DNA of 64,000 nucleotides from Somniosus microcephalus (GCA_052327205.1 CM126233.1:3472001-3536000); one strand, 5' to 3'. Positions 1-11,829 are shown, counted from the first letter of the stretch. Numbers and translations are program-made. Notes: a model not told the origin generated them from the letters alone.

Positions 1-2569
1 CTGCCGTACTGTACGGTCCCTCTACCTGCTTGCCCTCAGCAATGGCTTTGAGGACCGTTTTTAGGGCGGGATCCAGGGTCTGGACGGTTTTTAGGTCTAG
101 GGGCGGTGTCACCTGTGTTCCCTGGAGTCCCCTCCCCGCCTTGGATCGCCGCCACGGGTCCGCGGCCATAGGGGCCCCAGAAAATGCCATTGCGGGCACC
201 CTCCCTGGCTAGCGCATCCGCCTGCTGGTTGCCCTAACTGCGGGGTTCTGTGGTGGAATGAGCCTTCACCTTGTGGATGAACACCTCCCCTTCCTCCCCC
301 ACAGCTGCCAGGATCTTTTCCAGCAAGGGCTTAACTGTTAAAGGCCATCCATCCGCGGAGGTATATCCGTGGCGGGACCAGATGGCGAGGTACTCCGTAC
401 ACGAATTGCACGTGAAAATGCTGTCCGAGCAAATCGTGTATGGGGTTGGGAAGATCTCGGGGTGGGTGACCACTTATGCCACCACGGACAGTTCAGCTTG
501 CTGTGCGCTCATGGTGCTGGGGAGCTTAATTGCCAAGGCAATGTCTGCCATAGAGTCATAAACTCCACACCCTGTGAGTCGTTCACCAGCAGATACTGTG
601 CTGGAACCGTCTACGTAGATCTCGCAGCCTGTGGGGTGTATCCCGGCCCGTAAACCTATGTTAACCTCCCATACCCCTTCTATGGAACACCGATGGGCTG
701 TTCCGGGATATACCATGTTGGCTGCGAGCTTCGGCTCGCAGAGACCTTTAACTTTGAGATCCATCTGGGAAAGGAGGAGGGTCCAGCGCGCAGTCCGGAC
801 GCTGCTTACAGTCCCATCCTTTATCCTTCCATCCAGAAGCATCTTTGTGGGGGTGTGATGGGTGAGGAGAGTGATGGGAGAGGTTCCTGTGAAGATCACT
901 GATCTGTTCACAGCCCAATGCGTGGCCAGGAGATGCCGTTCGCAATTGGAAAAACTCCTCTCCACATCCGTGAGTACCCTGGAGGAATAGACCACTGGTC
1001 TCAGCTTGCCGTGTCACTCCTGGAGCAGCACGACGCTCAGGCGGTCCCCACTAGCGGCTACTTCCAGGAAAAACTCCTCCCCCCCATCTATGGCCCCTAA
1101 CGCTGGCGCGGTCTGCAGATCCCTTTTCAACTTCTCGAATGCTGCCTGACAACCCTCATCCCAAGACCACTCGACTCCCTTGTGTAAGAGTCGGAGCAGC
1201 GGGGCGGCTGTGGCTGCATAGTCCTCGATGAAATCCCTGCAGTACCCGGTCAACCCCAAAAAGGACCTTACACCCGTTACTGTGTTAGGGATCAGTAGAT
1301 CTTGCACCGATTCCCGTCTAGCCTTATCTATGGCTCTTTCTCCAGCGTGGATGGCCAGACCCAGGAATTTCACCTCTTGCTGGCCGATCTGTGCTTTCTT
1401 TGGGTTTACTTTAAAACCCTTCCTTTCTAACAGTTCCAATAATTCAGCTAATAGTGGGCCATGCTCCTCCCTTGAGTCCGTGAACAGGAGTAGGTCGTCC
1501 ACATACTGCACTATCTGATTGGGCTGGCTAAATTCTTTTAAACTTCCCGCCATGCATTGATGGAAAATGCTGGGGCTGTTGTGAAAACCCTGTGGCAAGC
1601 AGTTCCAGGTGTACTGTTGTCCTTTAAAAGTAAAGGCAAACTTGTACTGATCCTCCCGCCGCAGCGGAATGGACCAGAAACCGTTCAAGATATCTAGCAC
1701 CGTGAACGTGGTCGCGGATGCTGGAATACTCCCTATTAGGTCGGCAACTGCTGCTACCGTGGGCGCGCAGGCTGGGATGTTACTGTTGAGGACTCTATAG
1801 TCCACCGTGGCCCTCCATGAATTGTCCGGCTTCTTTGCCGGCCACAATGGGGAGTTCACGTGAGTGGCTATTGGTCTCAACACGCCCTGCTGCACCAAGG
1901 AAGATATTGCTGTCTCCATGTCGGGTTCCGCCTCCTTGGGGAAGTTATACTGCTTTTGGGGCCGGATCATGGGGTCCCCGTCTACGCTGACCTCAAACCC
2001 GGTGACCCTCCCACAGTCGTGCTTGTGGGTGGCAAACGCGGTCAGATTGTCCGTCACAAACGCTTGCAAGTCCGTTGGGACGTCCGCGACCAGAAGTTCG
2101 AGGTCATAACCCCCTGACGGCTTCATAGTGCACAGGGTCCCCTTTTCTCCCTTCCCTGGGATCACGACTACCTTGCCTAACCCATTCTCGGCTCCCCAGA
2201 GACAGTGATTTCTAAGGTCCACGAGGATTCCGTGTTCCACCAAGAAATCAGCCCCGAGGATGCCTTTCCCACCCCCCTCATTCCACTTCAATAGGATGCA
2301 CGTCCATGTGGTGTGGAATGCCCCCAAATGAATGGAGAGCGGGATGGAGTACGCGCCAGCCTGTTCTCTGCCTGTGAAACCCGCTACTGAGAAGGGAGCC
2401 TGGGTAGATAGAGGTGAGGCAAAAGGCTTAGCTGTGTGGATCACGGTGCATGATGCCCCCGTATCCAACAGGTAACCACCCCTTTCCTTCTCCACCTCCA
2501 TCTCCACAACGGTCTTCTCCACGCGTCATAATGGAGCGGACACAGGTAGACGGGCTGCGCGGGCTTCAG
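1..2569 (-). pseudogene. pol: pol (protease-RT-tether-RNase H), disrupted by a frameshift near 2510 and stops at 1014, 474 and 234
   Basis: YLLDTGAS; NSPLWPAKKPDNSWRATVDYRVLN; LPQGFHNSP; QYVDDLL; IYVDGSS..SAQQAEL..ICSDS..HKVKAH..GNQQADALA read across ORFs 1014-2522, 474-995 and 234-473. Confidence 0.9.
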
Positions 2570-4315
2570 TCATTTGGGCACTTCGGTTGGGGTTGGGGAA
2601 GCAACAGGGCTGTTGACGACTGCCACCTTCCCATGCGAGGTCATTGCCTCTAAAACCGACTCGATCGTATCGGGATGGATCGACGCATCGGCTCCCCTCT
2701 CCCGGACGGGCGTTTGGGCTGGGGCTGCGGGAGCTTTTCCCTTTAAATCCTTCCAGGGATTTTTACAGTCCCGGCGCCAATGACCCTCCTTCCCACACCC
2801 GTAACAACTGCTCTTTGCTTGGGGGGCGCGATTCCCCTCCTGATGCCATTCCTTTTTAGCAGGAGCTGCAGGCCTCGCCTCATGCACCTTTCCTTTTGAG
2901 GAAGGCACATCCCTACTCTTGTTGTTCCTGTAACTTATCGTGAGCTGATCAAGTACTACTTCCTCCATGGAGCGGGGGTTAGTGGGGTCAAACCATGCTT
3001 TGGCCTGCTCCCTCACCGGCGGCAAGCAATTGGCGACCAGACACCGGAGCCAATGAGCCCTTTGGTCATCATTTAGCACGTTCCGGTCCGGTCCTCCTGG
3101 GCAGCTGCGCCGGTACACTGGCCACAACCTTCCGGCGAAAACCCGTGGGGGTTCTCCCTCGAGCTGTACCGTCCTTTCCAATCGGAGGAACGGAGTTCCG
3201 TCACCCTCCCCTATAATCTCCAGGACCTCATCCCGTATTTCCTCGTACGTCTTTCGCCCCCTTTTGCTCTCGTCAGGGAGACACTGGAGGAGCGAGCTGT
3301 CCAGGGAGAACAGCAGCATTTTGGACTGTTCAGCCCCGTCGCAGTCATTAACTGCTGCGGTTTGCTCCAGGTCCCTAAAATGCATGGAGGGATCTCCTGA
3401 CTCGGAGAGTTTTGGGATGTGACTGATCATTTCCCTTAGCTGCCGTGCGCTATGGGGCATTATGATCTGGTTCACAAGGGGTCCGTCCTCGCCATCATTG
3501 GCGCCTGGACCGAGCCTCCGGTGTCGCGTGGGACACATCGGTGCCGGTCCCGACTCTGCTTCCTGTGGTTGCTCTGCCTCAAGAACCCCTGTGTCTGACT
3601 TCCCCATTTCCTTCCCCGGAGTCCAAGACTCAGTATAGGCGGGAGGTGCCGAGGGCTCGGGGGTTGGTACCCTAACTGCCTCCTGTGGAATTGGTCTTTT
3701 GGATTCCTTGGCTAACAGTAACTGGCTCGCTGGTGGGTTTATGAGACACACCAATCCGTTTGCCTTGGCTAGGGCCGTTCTCAGGTCCTCTAGCTCCCTG
3801 TGACAAGCGCTATGATCGGTGTTCTCAGACCTATCCTCGATGGCCATCTTATATGCTGCCCTGGCCCCCAAGATACTTTCCTCCTGTGCCGCTATCTGTT
3901 TAGCTAGGCGGAAACACCTCTCTCTCATTCTACCTTCACTGGCCTTGGCCTCAATGACCTGACATTCCAAATACCCTATCCGGGTCTCATGGCGGTGAGT
4001 TATGGATTGGCGTTCCTGATTCAGTGCGTTAAGCGATTGAATCAGTTTCTGACCTCCTGCAACCTTTTCCTCTACTTCTGTGAGCAGCCCTTTGATCTGG
4101 GCTGTCTGTGCTACAACGACCTGGTCCAAAAGCTGGACTTGCTTCTTGTAGCACATCAGCCAGACCGCCTTTTCTACCAATTTCTTATGCTCTTTGCCTT
4201 CTGTCCACTGGATGGCTGCGTCTAGCGGACGCCTATCTCTCAATAGGTCAGATATCCACTGTTTTGTGAGGTTTACCTTCCCAAAAACATAGTCCGCTAT
4301 CCTTTCATCCATCAC
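2570..4315 (-). CDS. gag: Gag polyprotein (581 aa, open): N-terminal coiled coil, capsid-like region, CCHC zinc knuckle
   Basis: ORF starts about 50 nt after the PBS; CYGCGKEGHWRRDC knuckle; PSAPP late-domain-like motif. Confidence 0.85.
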   Translation of the reverse strand: MMDERIADYVFGKVNLTKQWISDLLRDRRPLDAAIQWTEGKEHKKLVEKAVWLMCYKKQVQLLDQVVVAQTAQIKGLLTEVEEKVAGGQKLIQSLNALNQERQSITHRHETRIGYLECQVIEAKASEGRMRERCFRLAKQIAAQEESILGARAAYKMAIEDRSENTDHSACHRELEDLRTALAKANGLVCLINPPASQLLLAKESKRPIPQEAVRVPTPEPSAPPAYTESWTPGKEMGKSDTGVLEAEQPQEAESGPAPMCPTRHRRLGPGANDGEDGPLVNQIIMPHSARQLREMISHIPKLSESGDPSMHFRDLEQTAAVNDCDGAEQSKMLLFSLDSSLLQCLPDESKRGRKTYEEIRDEVLEIIGEGDGTPFLRLERTVQLEGEPPRVFAGRLWPVYRRSCPGGPDRNVLNDDQRAHWLRCLVANCLPPVREQAKAWFDPTNPRSMEEVVLDQLTISYRNNKSRDVPSSKGKVHEARPAAPAKKEWHQEGNRAPQAKSSCYGCGKEGHWRRDCKNPWKDLKGKAPAAPAQTPVRERGADASIHPDTIESVLEAMTSHGKVAVVNSPVASPTPTEVPK

Positions 4316-4365
4316 ATTTCATTTATTTAAACCTTGATCTAACACGCTACATTCCTGCTGCCAAG

Positions 4366-4383
4366 GTCCTGCCGCGGTCGCCA
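4366..4383 (-). promoter_or_regulatory. Primer binding site, tRNA-Arg(TCG)-type
   Basis: Minus strand TGGCGACCGCGGCAGGAC lies 4 nt inside the LTR end; complementary to the 3' end of vertebrate tRNA-Arg-TCG (..GTCCTGCCGCGGTCG-CCA), recalled from memory. Confidence 0.75.
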
Positions 4384-4387
4384 TTTC

Positions 4388-5870
4388 TGTAGGGGGTTTC
4401 TCGTGCTCGTTCTGGTCTCCTACCAGGCTTCGTGCAATAATTACCCTTGAGTGGTTCGACCCACTCTCCCCTACGGTTCTAGACCTTGGACTTAGGTGCA
4501 GGGAACTGTAGTGCAGAGAAAGACTCAATAGACCAGGTTGAATAGCACGAAATGGATGCTTTTATTATTAAACAGTTTGCAGCATTATAAAATACATGTC
4601 ATAAGCACAAATTAAAGCAACTACAAGCATGCACATATCTATAAACTTAATTCCATGGAAATGGGAAACACACGGCACATCAAAAAAGGGGGAACACATT
4701 ACGATTACCCTTACTCCCTCCCCTATACCTAGACTAAGTTTCGACCTGAGGAACTCGGAATCATGCTCACCACTTTCAGATTCGCAAAATAGGGGGTTCG
4801 CAGCCTTTTGGCACAGCTTTCCGTCGTCACGTGGATTTGGAAACTTCTGGCGCAGCTTGTTTTTCTCTCTCTCTCTCTCTCAGGCGAGGAGGCAGTGGAC
4901 ACAGCCTTGATGAGCGCTCGTCATGACTGAAATCAGTTGAAACCTGCTGAATAACTGGATGCACATGGGAGAGTCCATTTATTTCTCTTTCCCGCCTGGC
5001 TTAGGCTTTTCCAGAGGGTGTCTTCTCCTTCGGCCTGGGTCGTCGATGATCTCCCGACAAAAGTACCCGGGCAACCCTCCTTCGTCTTCCCGTTGTGGCT
5101 GAACCATGCCTGGCCGAGCTGGCTTCCCAGCCAAAGTCTTCTCGTCGTCACCGAAGTTACGAATCGTACCGAAGAAGTGAATCGTCCTACGAATGAAGCG
5201 TAGCCGTTGTGGTGAAGCGTGGTCTCCAGTGTGTGTGTCCCCTATGAGAATCACAATACCCCTGATGGACTTTTCAAATCCATAGTTATACCCTTTTGGG
5301 ACAGTCTTATCTCCCGCCAGATCATAGTCCAGTCTTTGTAATATTTTTGGCGGGCAGATATCTCTGCAGGGGCACTTTGTCTTGTAACGGGAGCCGGTGA
5401 TAACTTAACTGGCCTTCCTGGCCGATAATGTCTTTTACTTTGTCACCGTAACTCGGTTCGCATATTGATCGGTCTGGAGATTGCCCTTGATGGCTGTTAA
5501 ACGTTTTTTTCCTTTGTACAGTAAATGGGCTTAAGTGTTCATTCAATTGTCCACCCATATCTTGATGGGCCCCATCCTGTTGCCTGAAACTGTCCTGTAC
5601 TTAGAATCTAATCAATATGTATGCCCATTTCCCTGAGTTTCGGTTTCCTGATACTGGCTTTCGCGGGCTTACTGTCCTCAATCCACAAGCCTGTCTGGCT
5701 TGCAGTAACAGAAATCAAATGGTCCCAGAAACTGATCACGAGGTCCGGCGGCCATTTTGTATGCCCTTTTATCAAAGGTTTTTTCCTGTACAAGCTTCTT
5801 TTGGTCAATAAAGCTATTATTAATCCTGTTTTCTTGCGTGATTATTTAATGAAAATTTTCGAATCTTACA
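4388..5870 (-). repeat. 5' LTR (about 1.48 kb) of the ERV
   Basis: TGT/ACA termini; homologous blocks shared with 52374-53896 and 63774-64000; TATA-like element near 5290 and AATAAA near 4563 on the minus strand. Confidence 0.8.
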
Positions 5871-6010
5871 CACCCACCCGCCCCTTCAACCACCGTCTGC
5901 CCCACCTGTGACAGCGATTGTAGGTCCTGCATTGGACTGATCAATTACCTGAGAACTCATTTTAACGTGGAAGCAAGTCATCCTGGGTTCCGAGGGACTG
6001 CCTATGAAGA
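5871..6010 (+). mobile_element. RTE-clade LINE 3' end
   Basis: Matches 47497-47625; encodes a CPTC..H-like C-terminal finger remnant; short GAA-type tail. Confidence 0.7.
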
Positions 6011-6013
6011 GTC

Positions 6014-6300
6014 AGAGGTGCCGAGTCCTCGTCTGTCCTCTGAGGTGGAAATAAATTATCCCATGGCAAAATTCAATGTATATGTGCTCTTGCCGGTGTC
6101 CTGGGCCATTATCTATCTCTCATCCACCATTATAACCACGGATGAACTGGTCATTATCATATTGCTCTTTGTGGGGGGTGACTGCATGAATAGTAGCTGC
6201 TGCATTGCTGACATTACAAAAGTGACCAACCTTCAATGGCCAAGAATTCTTTGGAATTGGCAAGGCCATGAAAAGCACTTTAAAAATGAAAGTCTTCTCA
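6014..6300 (+). mobile_element. DeuSINE (SacSINE1/AmnSINE1-like) central and 3' part
   Basis: Recognisable Deu-domain motifs: GTCTGTCCTCTGAGGTGGA..ATCCCATGGCA..GGTGTCCTGGGCCA..CTGGTCATTATCATATTGCT..ACATTACA..GTGAC. Confidence 0.65.
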
Positions 6301-6747
6301 TTCTAATAGATTGAAATGTAGATTGAAGAGAAACACGGTATTCGATGTTATACAAAGTAGGATCGATGTGTAGGAAAAGCAGTGCGAGCAACAATCTCGA
6401 ATGGGGAGACCCGGTGCATGTTTAGCTCCCACCCACCACAAACCAGACAAAGAACAGCGCCTGCCTGGCGGGGGCGAGTGGGATTTCAGCTGGCTGCAAG
6501 ATGCTGGCGGCGATATATAGGACCAATTCAAGCAGGCAGGTAATTCTCGGGGGAAGTGCTTCCCGATGGTGGAGAAGCAGTAATTCCGGGGTTACAGTGC
6601 TCCCAAGATTTCCTTGTTCTGGAGGGCGATTCTTGGCCCACGTGGAGACAGAATTTGTTTATCAATTACAATTGTTCATATCGAGATTGGAAAGAATCGG
6701 TAAAAAAAAGCTCCATTAAAACTACCCTTCCCGATTTAACATAAAGT

Positions 6748-7378
6748 CATAAGAAATAGGAGCAGGAGTAGACCACTTGGAACTTCGAGCCTGCTCCGCC
6801 ATTCTATAAGATCATGGCTGATCTTCTACGTCATCTGCACTTCCCTGCAGTATCCCCAAATCCCTTGATTCCCTTAATATTCCAAAATCTATCGATCTCA
6901 GTATTAAATATATCCAATGTCTCAGCATCCACAGCCCAGTGGGCTAGAGAATTCCAAAGATTCACCACAGTCTGAATGAAGAAATTCCTCCTCATCTCAG
7001 TCCGAGGTTGCTGATCCCTTATTATGAAACTGTGACCCCCTGGTTCCAGACTATCCAGCCGGGGGAGGCATCCTCCCTGCATCTACGCTGCCAAACCCTG
7101 TAAGAATTTTGTAATGTTCAATGAGATCACGTCTCATTCTTCTAAACTCTAGAGAATATCGGCCCAGTCTACTCAATCTCTCCTCATAGGACAGTCCCCC
7201 CATCCCAGGAACAAGTCTGCTGAACCTTCGTTGCACTCCCTCCTTGGCAAGTATATCCTTCCTGAGTTAAGGAGACCAAAACTGTACACAATGCTCCAGG
7301 TGTGGTCAAACCAGGGCCCGATATAATTGCAGTAACACATCTTCACTCTTGTATCAAATCCTGCTGTAATAAAGGCAG
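6748..7378 (-). mobile_element. CR1 LINE 3' fragment
   Basis: RLGRYSLEFRRMRRDLIE and EMRRNFF..VVNLWNSL peptides; 3' UTR like 63334-63430. Confidence 0.9.
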
Positions 7379-7448
7379 TTAAAATCACGGTCCAAAAAAT
7401 AGTCACAAACCTTGAAATAAATGTTTGTAAATAAGTTATTATTTTCAC

Positions 7449-7484
7449 CTTTATCTTTCAGATCATCTTTGAGTTTATTCAGTT
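7449..7484 (-). CDS. Putative 36-nt phase-1 micro-exon (ELNKLKDDLKDK) of host gene
   Basis: tctttcttttcaag|AACTG...ATAAAG|gtgaaa; peptide similar to exon 35679-35714. Confidence 0.6.
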
Positions 7485-7949
7485 CTTGAAAAGAAAGATC
7501 ATACGTTTTCATCTTCATTAGATGGTTTTTGACCTGCACATTTCTACAACCCGCTCTTTTTTTCCAGTGTTGCTCTCCACACTACTTGCCACAACATGAA
7601 GAAAATGGAGGGGTGATGTAATGGGCCAATGTGTTTCTTGGGCAGACGTGCTAACAGCGCACCATGGCAGGAGCAGCCCGCCATACTTCCTGTTGGATAT
7701 TCAGTTCAGTTTAAATCAGTAGAAATCCCCTTCACGACATGTTAGATTGGTATCTCACCATTTGTTGTGCGACCAACAAGTAGGGTTGGCCGCTGGTCTT
7801 CTCCGCCATAGAGGGAATATGAAATGGTAGGTTTTAGGCCATTTATAGAGCCTGGCCTTCAGTTGAAGCAAAACCTCAGAAAGCCCAAAACACGGAAGTT
7901 AAGCAATGCAAGGTTATATTTCTGGTTTTAATCCTCTGGTGAGTGAGAA

Positions 7950-9592
7950 TGACTGTGTGCGTGTGTCTGTGTTTATGTCTGTGTGTGGGTGTGTGAGAGA
8001 GAGCATGAACGTGTGAAAGACTATGGGCTAGATTTTTGTGGAGCTGTCAGGCGGGGTTTCAGGTGTGTGGGGGGGGAAATTCCGAATTTGGGCGTCCCAA
8101 CACCATCCCGCCCAAAACCCCACCCCACATAAGTTTCAGGGGCGGCGGGTACCCGCCCTGCACTGGGACCCACTGAAACCAGGCGGGAAGGGATTAGTGC
8201 CAATTAACTGCCTGTTAACAGGTAGTTAACAGGCAGTTTTTAGCCTAATCCCTATTTTGAGGGGTTTCGTGTGGGTTTCCCGACAACTCCAAACCACGCC
8301 AAGTTAGAGCAGGCGGGCCGTCGGGTTGAAGGAGTTGGAGGGGCCACGATGTCGGTGCTCAGGTGAGTGATAGGTGCATGAGTGTAAAGGTAAGTGTGTT
8401 TGGTGTGTCTAAACTGTGTAAAGAACTTTTACTTACCTGTACTTACCTTCACAGCCTTTCTTCCTGTAGCCGTCGGGAGCGCATCACTCAGCCGGAACTG
8501 AAAGCTGAATGGCTGCGATCTGTCAAAAGTGACAGCCTTCAGCTTTGAGTGCCGGTGAGAGTTCTAACTGAGTCTGTGCAGAAGGACTCATGTTAGAACT
8601 CAGAGTGTCAGTGCTTCACAGCTTCAAACAGCTGTGAAACGCTGATATTTCATCTGTCAAAAACTCTTGACAGATGAAATTGCAGTCTGTGACGTCACCT
8701 GTTGCCGGGTGGCCCTTAATTGGCCTGCTGAGCCTGCTGGGTGGGGTCAACAAGGTCAATCAAGGGAAAATCGCGCGGATTGGCCGGACGTCGAAGTAGG
8801 CGGGTCAAAAACCCGAAAGGGGAAGTCCTGCCTTCTTCCCGACAGGTTCGGCAAAATCTACCCCTATGTGTATGAGAGCGGTTGTGTGTGTTTAAGTGGG
8901 TGAGAGAAAGAGTGTGTGTAAGAGTGTGGCTGTGTGTTTGTGTGGTAGTGAGAGAGAAAGTGTATGTGAGAGACTGTGTGCGTTAGAGAGGAACTACGTG
9001 TGAGTGGGTGAGAGAAAGTGTGTGTGAATGAGTGTATGTGTGAGAGACTGTATGTGAGAGATGCAGTGGGTGAGAGAAAGAGTGTGTGGTAGACTGTGTC
9101 TGTGTGTGTGAGAGAGTGAGAGAGATACTGTGTATGAGAGACTTTGTGCATGAAAGAGGAAGTATGTGTGAGTGGGTGAGAGAAAGTGTGTGTGTGAGAG
9201 TGTGTTTGTGCGAGAGAGTGTGAGAGACAAAGTGTGCGTGAGTGGTTGAGAGAAAGAGTGTGTGAGAGAAAGTTTATGCATGAGAGACTGTGTGTGAGAG
9301 AGGCAGTGTGTGTGAGTGGGTGAGAGAAAGAGAGTGTGAGAGAAAGTTTATGCATGAGAGACTGTGTGTGTGAGAGGCAGTGTTTGTGACTGGGTGAGAG
9401 AAATAATGTGTGAGGGAGAGTGTATGTGTGAGAGACTGTGTGTATGAGAGGTAGTGAGTGTGGCTGTGTGAGAGAAAGAGTATGTGAGAGAGTGTGTATG
9501 CATGAGAGATGCAGTGCGTGTGAGAGGGGCTGTGTGTGTGAGCAGGTGAGAGAAAGATTGTGTATGTGTGTGTGAGAGAGCGAGAGATAGAT
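7950..9592. repeat. Degenerate GT/GA-rich low-complexity tandem repeat, interrupted by a MITE
   Basis: Recurrent gtgggtgagagaaagagtgtgt-like units. Confidence 0.85.
8025..8864. mobile_element. Non-autonomous PIF/Harbinger element
   Basis: TIRs GGGCTAGATTTT / AAAATCTACCCC with 3-bp TSD TAT (8022-8024, 8865-8867). Confidence 0.8.
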
Positions 9593-9824
9593 TGTACCTC
9601 TATCAACTATTTGCGTGCAGATATTTGGCCTTTTACAAAGTTGGAAATTGATTCCATTTAGAAGCCCAGATCGCCTCACGTATTGGTGCAATTTTCATCA
9701 GTTCTGAGCTCAGTGAACGCTGACAATAGTGGTTCAGCATTATTGATTTTTCCATCTGAAGTTAGAAAGCCACTAAACAAATATGTTCAGCAGCTTACAA
9801 ATTCGTAATCTTTTCCAAATCAAC

Positions 9825-11172
9825 GGCCCGGATTTTGCCGTCAGCAGCAAAACAAAGGCATTCGGCGTATGCCCTGAGGTAGGCTGCCCTCAGAAATCTC
9901 GTGATTTCTTTGGCGAGAAGTTTACTTTTTCCAAAACGTAGTTGATTTCGGTGCATTGTATTGGAGATTCCCTAGGGCGATCTGCTGTGAAGTCAACAAG
10001 CTGCCTAAGCAGCCAATCAGATTGCAGAATTCTCGCAGGCAGGGAACCAGGAAATGAGAGGTATATTTTAGCCCGAATTGTTAAAAATGACACAGAGAGC
10101 AACACAAAGCTTGGGACTCTCACATGGGTATCAGGTAGAACCTGAAATATCATGAATAATCTTACTAAACAAAGCTAAATATTTTGTAAAAGTTATAATT
10201 ATAATCATACTGGAGATATTTAAACTCCACAAATTTAAAATTAGTTTTCGGGGCTACAATGTTTGTGTAGTAGTCAATAAGCTTTTAAAAGCCCAGTTTT
10301 TTAAAATTCGTTCATGGGATGTGGGCATCGATGGGAAGGCCAGCATTTATTGCCCATCCCTCGTTGGCCTTGAGAAGGTGGTGGTGAGCCACCTTGTTGA
10401 ACCGCTGCAGTCCGTGTTGTGCAGGTACTACCACAGTGCTGGTAGGGAGGGAGTTCCAGGATTTTGACCCAGCGACGATGAAGGACCGTGATAAACTTCC
10501 AAGTCAGGCTGGTGTGTGACTTGTAGGTCAACTTGGAGGTGATGGTGTTCCCATTCACCTGCTGCCCTTGTCCTTCTAATGGTAGAGGTCGCGGGTTTGG
10601 GAGGTGCTGCCGAAGAAACATTGGCGAGTTGCTGCAGTGCACATTGTAGATGGTATACATTGCAGCCACGGTATGCCGGTGGTGGAGGGAATGAATGTTT
10701 AAGCTGGTGAATGGTGTGCCAATCAAGTGGACTTCTTTGTCCTGGCTGGTGTCGACACCATTGAGTGTTGTTGGAGCTGCACTCATCCAGGGAAGTGGAG
10801 CGTATTCCATCTCAGTCCAGATATGTGCCTTGTAAATGGCGGAAAGGCTTTGGGCAGTCAGGAGGTGCTGTGAAAACCCCAGTTACGCCTAACCCAATAA
10901 GGCTTCATGTTTGATGGTGTGTTAACAGCCATATTACGGTGGAGAAGCCCACGTTTTCGTCAGTGTCACTGATTTCACTGATTGCCCGTTATTGTGGGGG
11001 TGCGGGGGAGGTGGGCGTGCAGCACAGCCAGTATCGGAGCAGTGAATAACTGCAAATTCAGGTGTTCTGTATTTAATTGCGCATGCGCTACATCCTGCCA
11101 TTTCCAAAAAATTCAAAGGTGTACCAACGGCGATCGCTGGTAGTTCGTCATTATTACCCAGCACAAATCCGC
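9825..11172 (+). mobile_element. Harbinger-like MITE (GGCCCGGATTTTGC terminus), interrupted by a LINE fragment
   Basis: Left end similar to 63563-63773; right end CACAAATCCGCCC similar to 17580-17645. Confidence 0.55.
10300..10868 (-). mobile_element. CR1-group LINE 3' fragment (a different family from the full-length CR1)
   Basis: MEYAPLPWMSAAPTTL..LIGTP..LNIHSLHHR RT C-terminal peptide followed by a 3' UTR. Confidence 0.75.
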
Positions 11173-11825
11173 CCCGAGACATCCTTGACCCTTGCACCAG
11201 GGAGGCAGCATACCATCCTGGAGTCTGGTTTATGGCCGCAGAAACGCCTATCTATTCCCCTTACAATAGAATCCCCTATCACTATAGCTCTCCCACTCTT
11301 ATTACCCCCGTCCTGTGCAGCAGGACCACCCATGGTGCCAGGAAGTTGGCTGCTGTTGCCATCCCCTGATAAGCCATCTCCCTCAACAATATCCAAAGTG
11401 GTATATCTGTTTGAAAGGGGGATGGCCACAGGGGATGCCTGCACTACCTGCCTGTGCCTACTACTCTGCCTCTCATTCTCCCATTCCCTTCCTGCCTGTG
11501 CAGCCTTTACCTGCGGTGTGACCAACTTCCTAATCGTGTTATCCACGATGTCCTCAGCATCGCAAATGCTCCAGTACGTATCCATTCACAGCTCCAGCAC
11601 CACAATGCGGTCTGTCAGTAGCTGCAGCAGGATACACTTCCCACACACATGGTCGTCAGGGACACAGGAAGTGTCCCTGATTTCCCACATAGTGCAGGAA
11701 GAGCATGATACGGGGCCGAGCTGTCCTGCCATGAATTACCCTTTAATTAGTTCAAATTAAATTAAATCAAATCAATACCACTAATTAGACTACAATTAAA
11801 TGAAATACTCAATGTCTCTTGTTTA
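11173..11825 (-). pseudogene. CR1 ORF1 fragment (zinc finger and start of SGNH esterase), 3'-truncated; its 5' UTR is interrupted by the LTR element
   Basis: RAIVIGDSIVRGIDRRFCG..SRMVCCLPGARVKDVS closely matches ORF1 at 59444-60391. Confidence 0.85.
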
Positions 11826-11829
11826 CTAG

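Larger units (their letters stand above)
1..5870 (-). mobile_element. Endogenous retrovirus-like provirus (lokiretrovirus/spuma-related), 5' part: LTR, PBS, gag, pol up to RNase H; continues off the left edge
   Basis: LTR 4388-5870 (TGT...ACA), PBS at 4366-4383, gag with CCHC knuckle, protease LLDTGAS, RT YVDD, degenerate tether RNase H followed by a second catalytic RNase H. Inserted into an RTE 3' end that resumes at 5871. Confidence 0.85.

Noticed and set aside
8864-9691. 275-aa His/Thr/Ser/Leu-rich ORF and overlapping ORFs
   Set aside because: Translation of a CA/CT-rich low-complexity repeat
9680-9755. 76-nt candidate exon DGKINNAEPLL..
   Set aside because: Length breaks the phase-1 symmetry; no supporting neighbour
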